A stretch of 64,000 nt of DNA from Escherichia coli (GTDB taxonomy: Bacteria; Pseudomonadota; Gammaproteobacteria; Enterobacterales; Enterobacteriaceae). Both the position numbers and the translations under genes were made by a program. Below are positions 47,015 through 57,788 of this stretch, in pieces (the stretch's first letter is position 1; each line of letters starts with the position of its first letter). The stretch lies in assembly GCF_050320075.1 (NCBI RefSeq), contig NZ_CP190018.1. The stretch is one strand, 5' to 3'. The notes beneath the pieces are model-generated. The model was not told the origin of the DNA. It made no database searches and saw only the letters and a list, made by a program, of their open reading frames with translations.

Positions 47015-47045
47015 GGCCGCAGGGGTGAAACTCTGCGGCCTTTTT
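47015..47045. terminator. hairpin terminating ldr copy 3 and lying 6 bp beyond the bcsG stop on the other strand
   Basis: GGCCGCAGGGGTGAAACTCTGCGGCC followed by TTTTT; same element follows ldr copies 1 and 2. Confidence 0.6.
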
Positions 47046-47050
47046 CGTGC

Positions 47051-48730
47051 TTACTGCGGGTAAGGCACCCAGTCGCCGCCGTTCAGGCGAACGTACGGTT
47101 TATCCTGGTATTGAATAACTACTGCATTTGAGTTCTCTGAGACCGGTGCTGTTTGTGGCAACCCACTGGTGAGTTTTTTCCAGTCAACATTGTCTTCGGT
47201 GAAAATCTTGCCATCAAGAACGCGAACCACCAGATCGGAGATAGCCAGGAAGCTGCTCGGTTGGTCGATGACAATCGGTGCCCCCTGATGTGGTGCCTTC
47301 ATGCCGAAGAATTTCACCCCAACGGGGACGTCTGTGATAGACGGGCTAGGGATATCACGTAGGCCAGATACCTGCATTCTGTCGCCCTTCAGCGCGCCGC
47401 CGTGTTCCGGCACCACGACCACCATCACTTTACGACCCGATTTCTCCAGTTCAGTAAAGAAGGCGTCCAGTTCATCAAAGAATTTCTGCGCCCGCGCTTT
47501 GTAATCCGCTGTTTTGCTGACGCCCGGATAATGGTTGCCGTCATGCAGTGGAAGCGTGTTGTAGAACGTGGCACTACGGCTGTTTTTATCTTTTTCGGTA
47601 ACGTCCAGCCAGCGGTTAAGCACGGCGGTATCGTCATAAACCGGCGAACCATCAAAGCCCAGCAAAATAACCGGCAGATTTGTTTGATCCATCAATTCGG
47701 TCTGCATGCCGCCATTTTCGCGAACTTCTTTCAAAAAACCGCCGAACTGGCCGTTATGTCCCATCATCAGGTGCTGGGTAAAGCCCAGTTTCGACAGGTT
47801 ATCAAACAGATAGCAGTCGTTATTTGCCGGTTGATACAGATTAGTGTGCGAAGTCTGCCCGCAGCTGGCGCGCAGTAAACGGATCGCCGCCGGGCCACTG
47901 TAGGAGGTGGCGGAGTTAAAGTTCTTGAACTCAATATCGAAATGCGACCACAGCGGATGCGACATCAACCCGGCGGCTTCAATATCCGACCAGGAAAGCG
48001 AACAGATATTAATCACCAGTAGTTCAAATGGTTGAGCATCAGCGGGCAGCGAAGACGGGAAGGTCGATTTACGTTTCGCCTCCGCGTTATAGAAATTATT
48101 CAGCCAGGCGTTAAGGTTCGCCGTTGTTGGCGGTGCAGTTTGTGCGGGCATATCACCCACTACCGGTGCGCCACCCGTCGCCGCAACGGTTGCCGCTGCG
48201 TTGCCACCCGTCGTTGTTACAGTGGTCGTCGGTTGACCGGCTGGCCACAAGGAGAAACTTGGTCCCGCCAGGGTAAGTACGTTCAGCCATAGCAGAATGG
48301 CAACCACAAAAACGGTAATGCGAATCCATTGTGACAGGAATAACCAGGCCACTAATAAAACAAAAATGGCCCCAATCATCTGCCAGTTAATAAAGCGTGT
48401 GACAAGGTCGATTAAATAATCGGTACTGAACCCCGCCACCTGCGAACCCTGGCTCATTATGCTTTCCGGGCCAGGCAACCAGGTGTCATGCCAGAACAAA
48501 GCAAAGCCGATCGGCAGGGCAATCCAGTGGCGTAAGCGATGCAGGCTGTAGCGCGGAATGGGCATCAGCAGAAACGCGGCAAACACCAGATTGAGGAGCG
48601 GATGGAAGTTAAGATATCCCGCCCACAACAGGCCGAACTTAACCAGAAAATAGAAGTTCCAGCCGGAAAGGCCGCGCCAGTATTGCCAGAGGGAAGAAGG
48701 CATGGCGGTATTTTGCGTAAATTGAGTCAT
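47051..48730 (-). CDS. bcsG: cellulose phosphoethanolamine transferase, 559 aa
   Basis: ORF track 47051..48730. Confidence 0.9.
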
Positions 48731-48918
48731 TTTTTGGTTGCCCTGGCTTTTTCCGTGCGGCGTAACGTCCCGGCCGGTTTAACATAACGAGGTTTAGCAA
48801 AGAACAAACGTAAGGTGTCGCGAATGCGTCGCAAAGAGTGCCGCGCCAGATAGCCCAGCGGGAAAAATATCAGTGCGCAAACGACAATAATTTCAATGAT
48901 ATCGCTGATGGTCATCAT
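48727..48918 (-). CDS. bcsF: small membrane protein of the cellulose synthase complex, 63 aa
   Basis: ORF track 48727..48918; 4-bp overlaps with bcsE and bcsG. Confidence 0.8.
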
Positions 48919-50486
48919 GATGAGCGCTCCACAGCATCATCTAACAGTCGCATTGGTTCTGGTATTCGTCGCCAGTGGCGACCATCGTGCTCGGCATTAA
49001 TGACCGGTTTAGAATTTTGCGTTAAAGGCAGCGGCATGCCCCATTGTTCTGGGGCAAGCAGGCGCATCTGCACCAGCTCGGCACTGATTTGATCATCTTC
49101 AAACCAGACCATACGGTTTGAGAAAATGTCGCCAGTCGGCAATGGGAAAATATGATTCAACGCGGTATCCAGATCGTTAATCCGACAGAATGAGAGAAAC
49201 AGCACCAGCCGATTACCGCCAATAGTCATGATATCGCCGGTGCGGTTAGGGCGACACAGCGTCAGGGCTTGCTCAACGCGGATACCCGGTACCGGACGTA
49301 GGGCAACCAGAACGCCTTTACCGTGGGCAGGTAATAGAGGGTTATTCATCATGTTGTTGACGGCATTACAGAACACATCCCACTTCTGGAAACCACGCAG
49401 TTTGAGCGGCTGGGTCATTGACAGCAAGGTAGTGATACCTTCCGGCACATAGCGACTAAACTTCTGCCCTTGCACGCTTTCGATCATCGTCAGACAGCGG
49501 GAGAGTGGGGCATTCCATGGGATAACCATATTTGCACCGCAGGCCAATAACAAACGTTCATCGGTGGCGCGCAGGCTAGCGGTATTTTCCCGTACGAGGA
49601 TTTTCATCGCACTACCGCGCTGGCGACGCAGAGTATGAATGCTGCGGGCCAGTGGCTCGATTTGCGCATTTTGTTGTAAAGAAAAGACCACCGTCGCCGC
49701 CTGAGCGGTACGGGCTTCATTGAACAGGACTTCGTTATTGTTGAACAGTTGCCAGTGTTCTGATAGCGGCGGCGCACCTTCCAGTACAGCAACATTACTC
49801 AGAATGCGTTTTTCGTCGCTGCGTGGTTGGATCTCCGCCTCTTCGCTTTGAACTAATGTCCAGATACCATTTTGTTGCTGAACGCTAAGCTGCTGACGGG
49901 CGCTAACCCCTTTTTCGTTGCACCAGAAGGCAATATCCAGCAAATGTTGGTCGCCCTGAAAACGCAAACTGGCAAGACCAAAAAGTGAACGGTATTCCTC
50001 AAGCAACAATGAAAATTGTTTATCGTTATTATTTCCGGGATTAATTACCAAAAGCGAACAATGGTTTAACCTGCTCCATTTATTCATTTTATCCAACCAT
50101 GAGCGAAGCCGCTCGGCAGGAATGTTTTGCCATGCGTTATTTGCGCAAACAAGAATAAAAAGGTAATTATGGGGATCAATAGAACACTGCAAATCACGGG
50201 CCAAATAGTATAGACCTTTTTCATGATTTAGCATTGAAAATAATTTTATTTTTTCCGGTCCTTGAGAATCATCTAATTGAAAGATTTTCGCCGGATCGCT
50301 GTCCATGCTAATGACCGCGACGTGTGCGGTTTCAGCCTGGGATGCAATTGTTTGATTCGCCAGACTGATAGCATCTTCATGGCGATCGACGTTAAACCAC
50401 CAGACGCCGCCTGCTGGCATATGTCGCAGCTCATCCCATAATGATGAGATACCGATAGAGAATACAGGGTCCACAATGTCCCTCAT
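48915..50486 (-). CDS. bcsE: c-di-GMP-binding cellulose synthesis protein, 523 aa
   Basis: ORF track 48915..50486. Confidence 0.9.
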
Positions 50487-50757
50487 GTCATCATTTTGTC
50501 TGATTATCAGTTTACTAGCGAAAGCTAAGAAATAAACCTACCATTGAAATTAAAACTTATCAGATTTAGCATGTGAATCAATTTAGCAGGTCACAAGACG
50601 TGTGATTTTAGTCTTTTCGTTTTTAACTTTTTTTGTTGCGTAACGGAAAGTCAAAAAGTGAGCAAATTCCCGTCTCGCCGTAAACAATAAACCGGCGAAA
50701 TGCTCACGGTTAGAATTGTCTCATGAACGGTACGGTTATTTCATAGGGATCAAGCAA
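50487..50757. promoter_or_regulatory. divergent bcsEFG / bcsRQABZC promoter region
   Basis: 271-bp gap between divergent bcsE and bcsR starts; individual sites not resolved. Confidence 0.5.
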
Positions 50758-50946
50758 ATGAATAACAATGAACCAGATACTCTGCCTGATCCCGCGATAG
50801 GCTATATCTTCCAGAATGATATTTTGGCGTTAAAGCAGGCATTTTCACTGCCTGATATTGATTATGCCGATATTTCCCAACGCGAACAGTTGGCCGCGGC
50901 ATTAAAACGCTGGCCGTTGCTGGCAGAGTTTGCGCAACAAAAGTAG
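50758..50946 (+). CDS. bcsR: cellulose synthesis regulatory protein, 62 aa
   Basis: ORF track 50716..50946; start at ATG 50758 (MNNNEPDTLPDPAIGYIFQ...). Confidence 0.8.
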   Translation: MNNNEPDTLPDPAIGYIFQNDILALKQAFSLPDIDYADISQREQLAAALKRWPLLAEFAQQK

Positions 50947-50957
50947 GGGATTGGTGA

Positions 50958-51710
50958 ATGGCCGTACTGGGATTGCAGGGGGTGCGGGGAGGCGTGGGGA
51001 CAACAACCATCACCGCCGCATTAGCCTGGTCATTACAAATGTTGGGAGAAAATGTCCTGGTGGTCGATGCCTGCCCGGACAACTTGTTGCGCCTGTCATT
51101 TAACGTTGATTTTACCCACCGTCAGGGCTGGGCCAGAGCTATGCTGGATGACCAGGACTGGCGTGACGCCGGGTTGCGCTATACCTCGCAGCTCGATTTG
51201 CTGCCTTTTGGTCAGTTATCCATTGAAGAACAAGAAAATCCACAGCACTGGCAAACCCGGCTGAGCGATATTTGCTCCGGCTTACAGCAACTAAAAGCCA
51301 GCGGGCGTTACCAGTGGATTTTAATCGACTTACCGCGTGATTCCTCGCAGATAACCCACCAGCTGCTGAGTTTGTGCGATCACTCGCTGGCAATCGTCAA
51401 TGTGGATGCCAACTGCCATATCCGGCTGCATCAGCAGGCGCTGCCGGATGGCGCGCATATTTTGATTAATGACTTCCGTATCGGCAGTCAAGTTCAGGAC
51501 GATATTTACCAGCTTTGGTTGCAAAGCCAGCGCCGATTACTGCCGATGCTCATTCATCGTGATGAAGCGATGGCTGAATGCCTGGCGGCTAAGCAACCAG
51601 TCGGTGAATATCGCAGTGATGCGCTGGCGGCTGAAGAGATACTGACGCTGGCTAACTGGTGCCTGTTGAACTATTCCGGGCTGAAAACGCCAGTCGGGAG
51701 TAAATCATGA
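50958..51710 (+). CDS. bcsQ: ParA/MinD-like ATPase of the cellulose synthase complex, 250 aa, intact
   Basis: ORF track 50958..51710; deviant Walker A GVRGGVGTTT; codon 6 is TTG (50973-50975). Confidence 0.9.
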   Translation: MAVLGLQGVRGGVGTTTITAALAWSLQMLGENVLVVDACPDNLLRLSFNVDFTHRQGWARAMLDDQDWRDAGLRYTSQLDLLPFGQLSIEEQENPQHWQTRLSDICSGLQQLKASGRYQWILIDLPRDSSQITHQLLSLCDHSLAIVNVDANCHIRLHQQALPDGAHILINDFRIGSQVQDDIYQLWLQSQRRLLPMLIHRDEAMAECLAAKQPVGEYRSDALAAEEILTLANWCLLNYSGLKTPVGSKS

Positions 51711-54325
51711 GTATCCTGACCCGGTGGTTGCTTATCCCGCCGGTCAACGCGCGGCTTATCGGGCGTTATCGCGATTATCGTCGTCACGGCGCGTCGGCTT
51801 TCAGCGCGACGCTCGGCTGTTTTTGGTTGATCCTGGCCTGGATTTTTATTCCGCTGGAGCACCCGCGCTGGCAGCGTATTCGCGCAGAACATAAAAACCT
51901 GTATCCGCATATCAACGCCTCGCGTCCGCGTCCGCTGGACCCGGTCCGTTATCTCATTCAAACATGCTGGTTACTGATCGGTGCATCGCGCAAAGAAACG
52001 CCGAAACCGCGCAGGCGGGCATTTTCAGGTCTGCAGAATATTCGTGGACGTTACCATCAATGGATGAACGAGCTGCCTGAGCGCGTTAGCCATAAAACAC
52101 AGCATCTTGATGAGAAAAAAGAGCTCGGCCATTTGAGTGCCGGGGCGCGGCGGTTGATCCTCGGTATCATCGTCACCTTCTCGCTGATTCTGGCGTTAAT
52201 CTGCGTTACTCAGCCGTTTAACCCGCTGGCGCAGTTTATCTTCCTGATGCTGCTGTGGGGGGTAGCGCTGATCGTACGGCGGATGCCGGGGCGCTTCTCG
52301 GCGCTAATGTTGATTGTGCTGTCGCTGACCGTTTCTTGCCGTTATATCTGGTGGCGCTACACCTCTACGCTGAACTGGGACGATCCGGTCAGCCTGGTGT
52401 GCGGGCTTATTCTGCTGTTCGCCGAAACGTACGCGTGGATTGTGCTGGTGCTCGGCTACTTCCAGGTAGTATGGCCGCTGAATCGTCAGCCGGTGCCATT
52501 GCCGAAAGATATGTCGTTGTGGCCGTCGGTGGATATCTTTGTCCCGACTTACAACGAAGATCTCAACGTGGTGAAAAATACCATTTACGCCTCGCTGGGT
52601 ATCGACTGGCCGAAAGACAAGCTGAACATCTGGATCCTTGATGACGGCGGCAGGGAAGAGTTTCGCCAGTTTGCGCAAAACGTGGGGGTGAAATATATCG
52701 CCCGTACCACTCATGAACATGCGAAAGCGGGCAACATCAACAATGCGCTGAAATATGCCAAAGGCGAGTTCGTGTCGATTTTCGACTGCGACCACGTACC
52801 AACGCGATCGTTCCTGCAAATGACCATGGGCTGGTTCCTGAAAGAAAAACAACTGGCGATGATGCAGACGCCGCACCACTTCTTCTCACCGGACCCGTTT
52901 GAACGCAACCTGGGGCGTTTCCGTAAAACACCTAACGAAGGCACGCTGTTCTATGGTCTGGTGCAGGATGGCAACGATATGTGGGACGCCACTTTCTTCT
53001 GCGGTTCCTGTGCGGTGATTCGCCGTAAGCCGCTGGATGAAATTGGCGGCATTGCTGTCGAAACTGTGACTGAAGATGCGCATACCTCTTTGCGCCTGCA
53101 CCGTCGTGGCTACACCTCTGCATATATGCGTATTCCGCAGGCGGCGGGGCTGGCGACCGAAAGTCTGTCGGCGCATATCGGTCAGCGTATTCGCTGGGCG
53201 CGCGGGATGGTGCAAATCTTTCGTCTCGATAACCCGCTCACCGGTAAAGGGCTGAAGTTTGCTCAGCGGCTATGTTACGTCAACGCCATGTTCCACTTCT
53301 TGTCGGGCATTCCACGACTGATCTTCCTGACTGCGCCGCTGGCGTTCCTGCTGCTGCATGCCTACATCATCTATGCGCCAGCGTTGATGATTGCCCTGTT
53401 CGTGCTGCCGCATATGATCCATGCCAGCCTGACCAACTCCAAGATCCAGGGCAAATATCGCCACTCTTTCTGGAGTGAAATCTACGAAACGGTGCTGGCG
53501 TGGTATATCGCACCACCGACGCTGGTGGCGCTGATTAACCCGCACAAAGGCAAATTTAACGTCACCGCCAAAGGTGGACTGGTGGAAGAAGAGTACGTCG
53601 ACTGGGTGATCTCGCGGCCCTACATCTTCCTTGTTCTGCTCAACCTGGTGGGCGTTGCGGTAGGCATCTGGCGCTACTTCTATGGCCCGCCAACCGAGAT
53701 GCTCACCGTGGTCGTCAGTATGGTGTGGGTATTCTACAACCTGATTGTTCTTGGCGGCGCAGTTGCGGTATCGGTAGAAAGCAAACAGGTACGCCGATCG
53801 CACCGCGTGGAGATGACGATGCCCGCGGCAATTGCCCGCGAAGATGGTCACCTCTTCTCGTGTACCGTTCAGGATTTCTCCGACGGTGGTTTGGGGATCA
53901 AGATCAACGGTCAGGCGCAGATTCTGGAAGGGCAGAAAGTGAATCTGTTGCTTAAACGCGGTCAGCAGGAATACGTCTTCCCGACCCAGGTGGCGCGCGT
54001 GATGGGTAATGAAGTTGGGTTGAAATTAATGCCGCTCACCACCCAGCAACATATCGATTTTGTGCAGTGTACGTTTGCCCGTGCGGATACATGGGCGCTC
54101 TGGCAGGACAGCTACCCGGAAGATAAGCCGCTGGAAAGTCTGCTGGATATTCTGAAGCTCGGCTTCCGTGGCTACCGCCATCTGGCGGAGTTTGCGCCTT
54201 CTTCGGTGAAGGGCATATTCCGTGTGCTGACTTCTCTGGTTTCCTGGGTTGTATCGTTTATTCCGCGCCGCCCGGAGCGGAGCGAAACGGCACAACCATC
54301 GGATCAGGCTTTGGCTCAACAATGA
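51707..54325 (+). CDS. bcsA: cellulose synthase catalytic subunit (GT2 plus PilZ domain), 872 aa
   Basis: ORF track 51707..54325; 4-bp overlap with bcsQ. Confidence 0.95.
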   Translation: MSILTRWLLIPPVNARLIGRYRDYRRHGASAFSATLGCFWLILAWIFIPLEHPRWQRIRAEHKNLYPHINASRPRPLDPVRYLIQTCWLLIGASRKETPKPRRRAFSGLQNIRGRYHQWMNELPERVSHKTQHLDEKKELGHLSAGARRLILGIIVTFSLILALICVTQPFNPLAQFIFLMLLWGVALIVRRMPGRFSALMLIVLSLTVSCRYIWWRYTSTLNWDDPVSLVCGLILLFAETYAWIVLVLGYFQVVWPLNRQPVPLPKDMSLWPSVDIFVPTYNEDLNVVKNTIYASLGIDWPKDKLNIWILDDGGREEFRQFAQNVGVKYIARTTHEHAKAGNINNALKYAKGEFVSIFDCDHVPTRSFLQMTMGWFLKEKQLAMMQTPHHFFSPDPFERNLGRFRKTPNEGTLFYGLVQDGNDMWDATFFCGSCAVIRRKPLDEIGGIAVETVTEDAHTSLRLHRRGYTSAYMRIPQAAGLATESLSAHIGQRIRWARGMVQIFRLDNPLTGKGLKFAQRLCYVNAMFHFLSGIPRLIFLTAPLAFLLLHAYIIYAPALMIALFVLPHMIHASLTNSKIQGKYRHSFWSEIYETVLAWYIAPPTLVALINPHKGKFNVTAKGGLVEEEYVDWVISRPYIFLVLLNLVGVAVGIWRYFYGPPTEMLTVVVSMVWVFYNLIVLGGAVAVSVESKQVRRSHRVEMTMPAAIAREDGHLFSCTVQDFSDGGLGIKINGQAQILEGQKVNLLLKRGQQEYVFPTQVARVMGNEVGLKLMPLTTQQHIDFVQCTFARADTWALWQDSYPEDKPLESLLDILKLGFRGYRHLAEFAPSSVKGIFRVLTSLVSWVVSFIPRRPERSETAQPSDQALAQQ

Positions 54326-54335
54326 TGATAACGCG

Positions 54336-56675
54336 ATGAAAAGAAAACTATTCTGGATTTGTGCAGTGGCTATGGGGATGAGTGCGTTCCCCTCTTTCAT
54401 GACGCAGGCGACGCCAGCAACGCAACCACTGATCAATGCTGAGCCAGCTGTAGCCGCCCAGACGGAACAAAATCCGCAGGTGGGGCAAGTGATGCCAGGC
54501 GTGCAGGGCGCTGATGCCCCCATCGTGGCGCAGAACGGTCCTTCGCGTGATGTGAAGCTGACCTTTGCGCAAATTGCGCCCCCGCCGGGCAGCATGGTGC
54601 TACGTGGCATTAACCCGAACGGCAGCATTGAGTTTGGTATGCGCAGCGATGAAGTGGTGACGAAGGCGATGCTCAACCTCGAATACACGCCATCGCCATC
54701 GTTACTGCCTGTCCAGTCGCAGTTAAAGGTTTATCTCAATGATGAACTGATGGGCGTGCTGCCAGTGACCAAAGAACAGTTGGGTAAAAAAACGCTGGCA
54801 CAAATGCCCATTAACCCACTGTTTATTACCGACTTCAACCGTGTGCGGCTGGAGTTTGTCGGTCATTATCAGGACGTGTGCGAAAACCCGGCCAGCACCA
54901 CGCTTTGGCTGGATGTTGGGCGGAGCAGTGGACTGGATTTGACCTATCAGACCCTGAATGTGAAGAATGACCTGTCACACTTCCCGGTACCATTCTTTGA
55001 CCCGCGTGATAACCGTACTAACACCTTGCCGATGGTCTTTGCGGGTGCGCCGGATGTTGGGCTGCAACAAGCATCTGCCATTGTCGCCTCGTGGTTTGGT
55101 TCGCGTTCTGGCTGGCGTGGGCAGAACTTCCCGGTGCTCTATAACCAATTGCCGGATCGCAATGCCATCGTTTTTGCCACCAATGACAAACGCCCGGACT
55201 TCCTGCGCGATCATCCGGCGGTAAAAGCCCCGGTGATTGAGATGATCAACCATCCGCAGAATCCTTATGTCAAACTGCTGGTGGTGTTTGGTCGTGACGA
55301 CAAAGACCTGTTGCAGGCAGCGAAAGGTATCGCTCAGGGTAACATTCTGTTCCGTGGTGAAAGCGTGGTAGTGAATGAAGTGAAACCGCTGCTACCGCGT
55401 AAGCCGTACGATGCGCCGAACTGGGTGCGTACCGATCGTCCGGTTACCTTTGGTGAACTGAAAACCTATGAAGAACAGTTACAATCCAGCGGTCTTGAGC
55501 CAGCAGCGATTAACGTTTCGCTAAACCTGCCGCCGGATCTCTACCTGATGCGCAGTACCGGCATTGATATGGATATTAATTATCGCTACACCATGCCGCC
55601 GGTGAAAGACAGTTCGCGGATGGATATCAGCCTGAATAACCAGTTCCTGCAATCCTTCAACCTGAGCAGCAAACAGGAGGCGAATCGCCTGCTGCTGCGG
55701 ATTCCGGTATTACAAGGTTTGCTGGATGGCAAAACGGATGTCTCTATTCCGGCGCTGAAACTGGGCGCGACCAACCAGCTGCGCTTTGACTTTGAGTATA
55801 TGAACCCGATGCCGGGCGGTTCGGTGGATAACTGCATTACCTTCCAGCCGGTGCAGAATCATGTGGTGATTGGTGATGATTCCACCATCGACTTCTCGAA
55901 GTATTACCACTTCATCCCGATGCCGGATCTACGCGCCTTTGCTAACGCGGGCTTCCCGTTCAGCCGGATGGCGGATCTGTCACAAACCATCACCGTGATG
56001 CCGAAAACGCCTAACGAAGCACAGATGGAAACCTTGCTGAATACTGTTGGTTTTATCGGCGCACAGACGGGCTTCCCGGCGATTAATCTGACGGTGACCG
56101 ATGATGGCAGCACCATTCAGGGCAAAGATGCCGACATCATGATCATCGGTGGTATCCCGGACAAATTAAAAGACGACAAGCAGATCGACCTGCTGGTGCA
56201 GGCGACCGAAAGCTGGGTGAAAACGCCGATGCGCCAGACCCCGTTCCCCGGCATTGTGCCGGACGAGAGCGATCGCGCGGCAGAAACCCAGTCAACGCTG
56301 ACCTCTTCCGGTGCGATGGCGGCGGTGATTGGCTTCCAGTCGCCGTATAACGACCAGCGTAGCGTGATTGCGCTGCTGGCAGATAGCCCACGCGGTTATG
56401 AAATGCTTAACGATGCGGTGAACGATAGCGGCAAACGCGCCACCATGTTCGGTTCGGTCGCGGTGATCCGCGAGTCCGGTATCAATAGCCTGCGTGTTGG
56501 CGACGTCTATTACGTTGGCCATCTGCCGTGGTTCGAACGCTTATGGTATGCCCTGGCAAACCATCCGATTCTGCTGGCGGTGCTGGCGGCAATCAGCGTC
56601 GTGCTGCTGGCCTGGGTACTGTGGCGTTTGCTGCGTATTATCAGCCGTCGTCGTCTTAACCCGGATAACGAGTAA
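54336..56675 (+). CDS. bcsB: cellulose synthase periplasmic subunit, 779 aa
   Basis: ORF track 54249..56675; start at ATG 54336 (MKRKLFWICAVAMGMSAF...), 11 bp after bcsA stop. Confidence 0.9.
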   Translation: MKRKLFWICAVAMGMSAFPSFMTQATPATQPLINAEPAVAAQTEQNPQVGQVMPGVQGADAPIVAQNGPSRDVKLTFAQIAPPPGSMVLRGINPNGSIEFGMRSDEVVTKAMLNLEYTPSPSLLPVQSQLKVYLNDELMGVLPVTKEQLGKKTLAQMPINPLFITDFNRVRLEFVGHYQDVCENPASTTLWLDVGRSSGLDLTYQTLNVKNDLSHFPVPFFDPRDNRTNTLPMVFAGAPDVGLQQASAIVASWFGSRSGWRGQNFPVLYNQLPDRNAIVFATNDKRPDFLRDHPAVKAPVIEMINHPQNPYVKLLVVFGRDDKDLLQAAKGIAQGNILFRGESVVVNEVKPLLPRKPYDAPNWVRTDRPVTFGELKTYEEQLQSSGLEPAAINVSLNLPPDLYLMRSTGIDMDINYRYTMPPVKDSSRMDISLNNQFLQSFNLSSKQEANRLLLRIPVLQGLLDGKTDVSIPALKLGATNQLRFDFEYMNPMPGGSVDNCITFQPVQNHVVIGDDSTIDFSKYYHFIPMPDLRAFANAGFPFSRMADLSQTITVMPKTPNEAQMETLLNTVGFIGAQTGFPAINLTVTDDGSTIQGKDADIMIIGGIPDKLKDDKQIDLLVQATESWVKTPMRQTPFPGIVPDESDRAAETQSTLTSSGAMAAVIGFQSPYNDQRSVIALLADSPRGYEMLNDAVNDSGKRATMFGSVAVIRESGINSLRVGDVYYVGHLPWFERLWYALANHPILLAVLAAISVVLLAWVLWRLLRIISRRRLNPDNE

Positions 56676-56681
56676 TTGAAG

Positions 56682-57788
56682 ATGAATGTGTTGCGTAGTG
56701 GACTCGTGACGATGCTGCTGCTGGCTGCCTTTAGTGTTCAGGCAGCCTGTACCTGGCCTGCCTGGGAACAGTTTAAAAAGGATTACATCAGTCAGGAAGG
56801 GCGCGTCATCGACCCCAGCGACGCGCGCAAAATCACCACTTCCGAAGGGCAAAGTTACGGCATGTTCTTTGCCCTGGCGGCTAACGACCGTGCAGCTTTC
56901 GATAATATTCTCGACTGGACGCAGAACAATCTCGCTCAGGGTTCTTTAAAAGAACGTTTGCCCGCATGGCTGTGGGGCAAGAAAGAGAACAGTAAGTGGG
57001 AAGTGCTGGACAGCAATTCGGCCTCCGATGGTGATGTCTGGATGGCCTGGTCGTTGCTGGAGGCGGGGCGTTTGTGGAAAGAGCAGCGTTATACCGACAT
57101 CGGCAGCGCGTTGTTAAAACGTATTGCGCGGGAGGAAGTGGTGACGGTGCCTGGGCTGGGCTCCATGTTGTTGCCGGGCAAAGTGGGATTTGCAGAGGAT
57201 AACAGCTGGCGTTTTAACCCCAGCTACCTGCCGCCGACGCTGGCGCAGTATTTCACCCGCTTTGGCGCGCCGTGGACTACGCTGCGCGAAACCAATCAAC
57301 GTTTATTGCTGGAAACCGCCCCGAAAGGCTTTTCGCCAGACTGGGTGCGCTATGAGAAAGACAAAGGCTGGCAGCTAAAAGCCGAAAAAACATTGATCAG
57401 CAGCTACGACGCGATCCGCGTTTACATGTGGGTAGGCATGATGCCTGACAGCGATCCGCAAAAAGCGCGGATGCTCAACCGGTTTAAACCGATGGCGACA
57501 TTCACCGAGAAAAACGGCTATCCGCCAGAAAAAGTGGATGTGGCTACGGGGAAAGCGCAGGGTAAAGGACCGGTCGGTTTTTCTGCCGCCATGCTGCCCT
57601 TTTTACAAAACCGCGATGCGCAGGCCGTTCAGCGCCAGCGCGTGGCCGATAACTTTCCCGGCAGCGATGCCTATTACAACTATGTGCTGACCCTGTTTGG
57701 ACAAGGCTGGGATCAACACCGTTTCCGCTTCTCGACAAAAGGTGAGTTATTACCTGACTGGGGCCAGGAATGCGCAAATTCACACTAA
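56682..57788 (+). CDS. bcsZ: periplasmic endo-1,4-beta-glucanase (GH8), 368 aa
   Basis: ORF track 56676..57788; start at ATG 56682 ([21 protein letters not shown]). Confidence 0.9.
   Translation: MNVLRSGLVTMLLLAAFSVQAACTWPAWEQFKKDYISQEGRVIDPSDARKITTSEGQSYGMFFALAANDRAAFDNILDWTQNNLAQGSLKERLPAWLWGKKENSKWEVLDSNSASDGDVWMAWSLLEAGRLWKEQRYTDIGSALLKRIAREEVVTVPGLGSMLLPGKVGFAEDNSWRFNPSYLPPTLAQYFTRFGAPWTTLRETNQRLLLETAPKGFSPDWVRYEKDKGWQLKAEKTLISSYDAIRVYMWVGMMPDSDPQKARMLNRFKPMATFTEKNGYPPEKVDVATGKAQGKGPVGFSAAMLPFLQNRDAQAVQRQRVADNFPGSDAYYNYVLTLFGQGWDQHRFRFSTKGELLPDWGQECANSH

Larger units (their letters stand above)
45692..47047 (+). repeat. LDR (long direct repeat) array: three tandem ldr/rdl units of about 483 bp
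   Basis: Landmarks recur with period 482-484 bp (ldr ATG at 45890, 46374, 46857); each unit has leader, 35-codon ORF and a GGCCGCAGGG..CTGCGGCC-TTTTT terminator. Confidence 0.85.

Noticed and set aside
45692-47047. Possible CRISPR array, considered because of regularly spaced repeats
   Set aside because: Repeat period is about 483 bp with the whole unit repeated, not short repeats with unique spacers; no cas genes nearby. It is an LDR toxin-antitoxin array.
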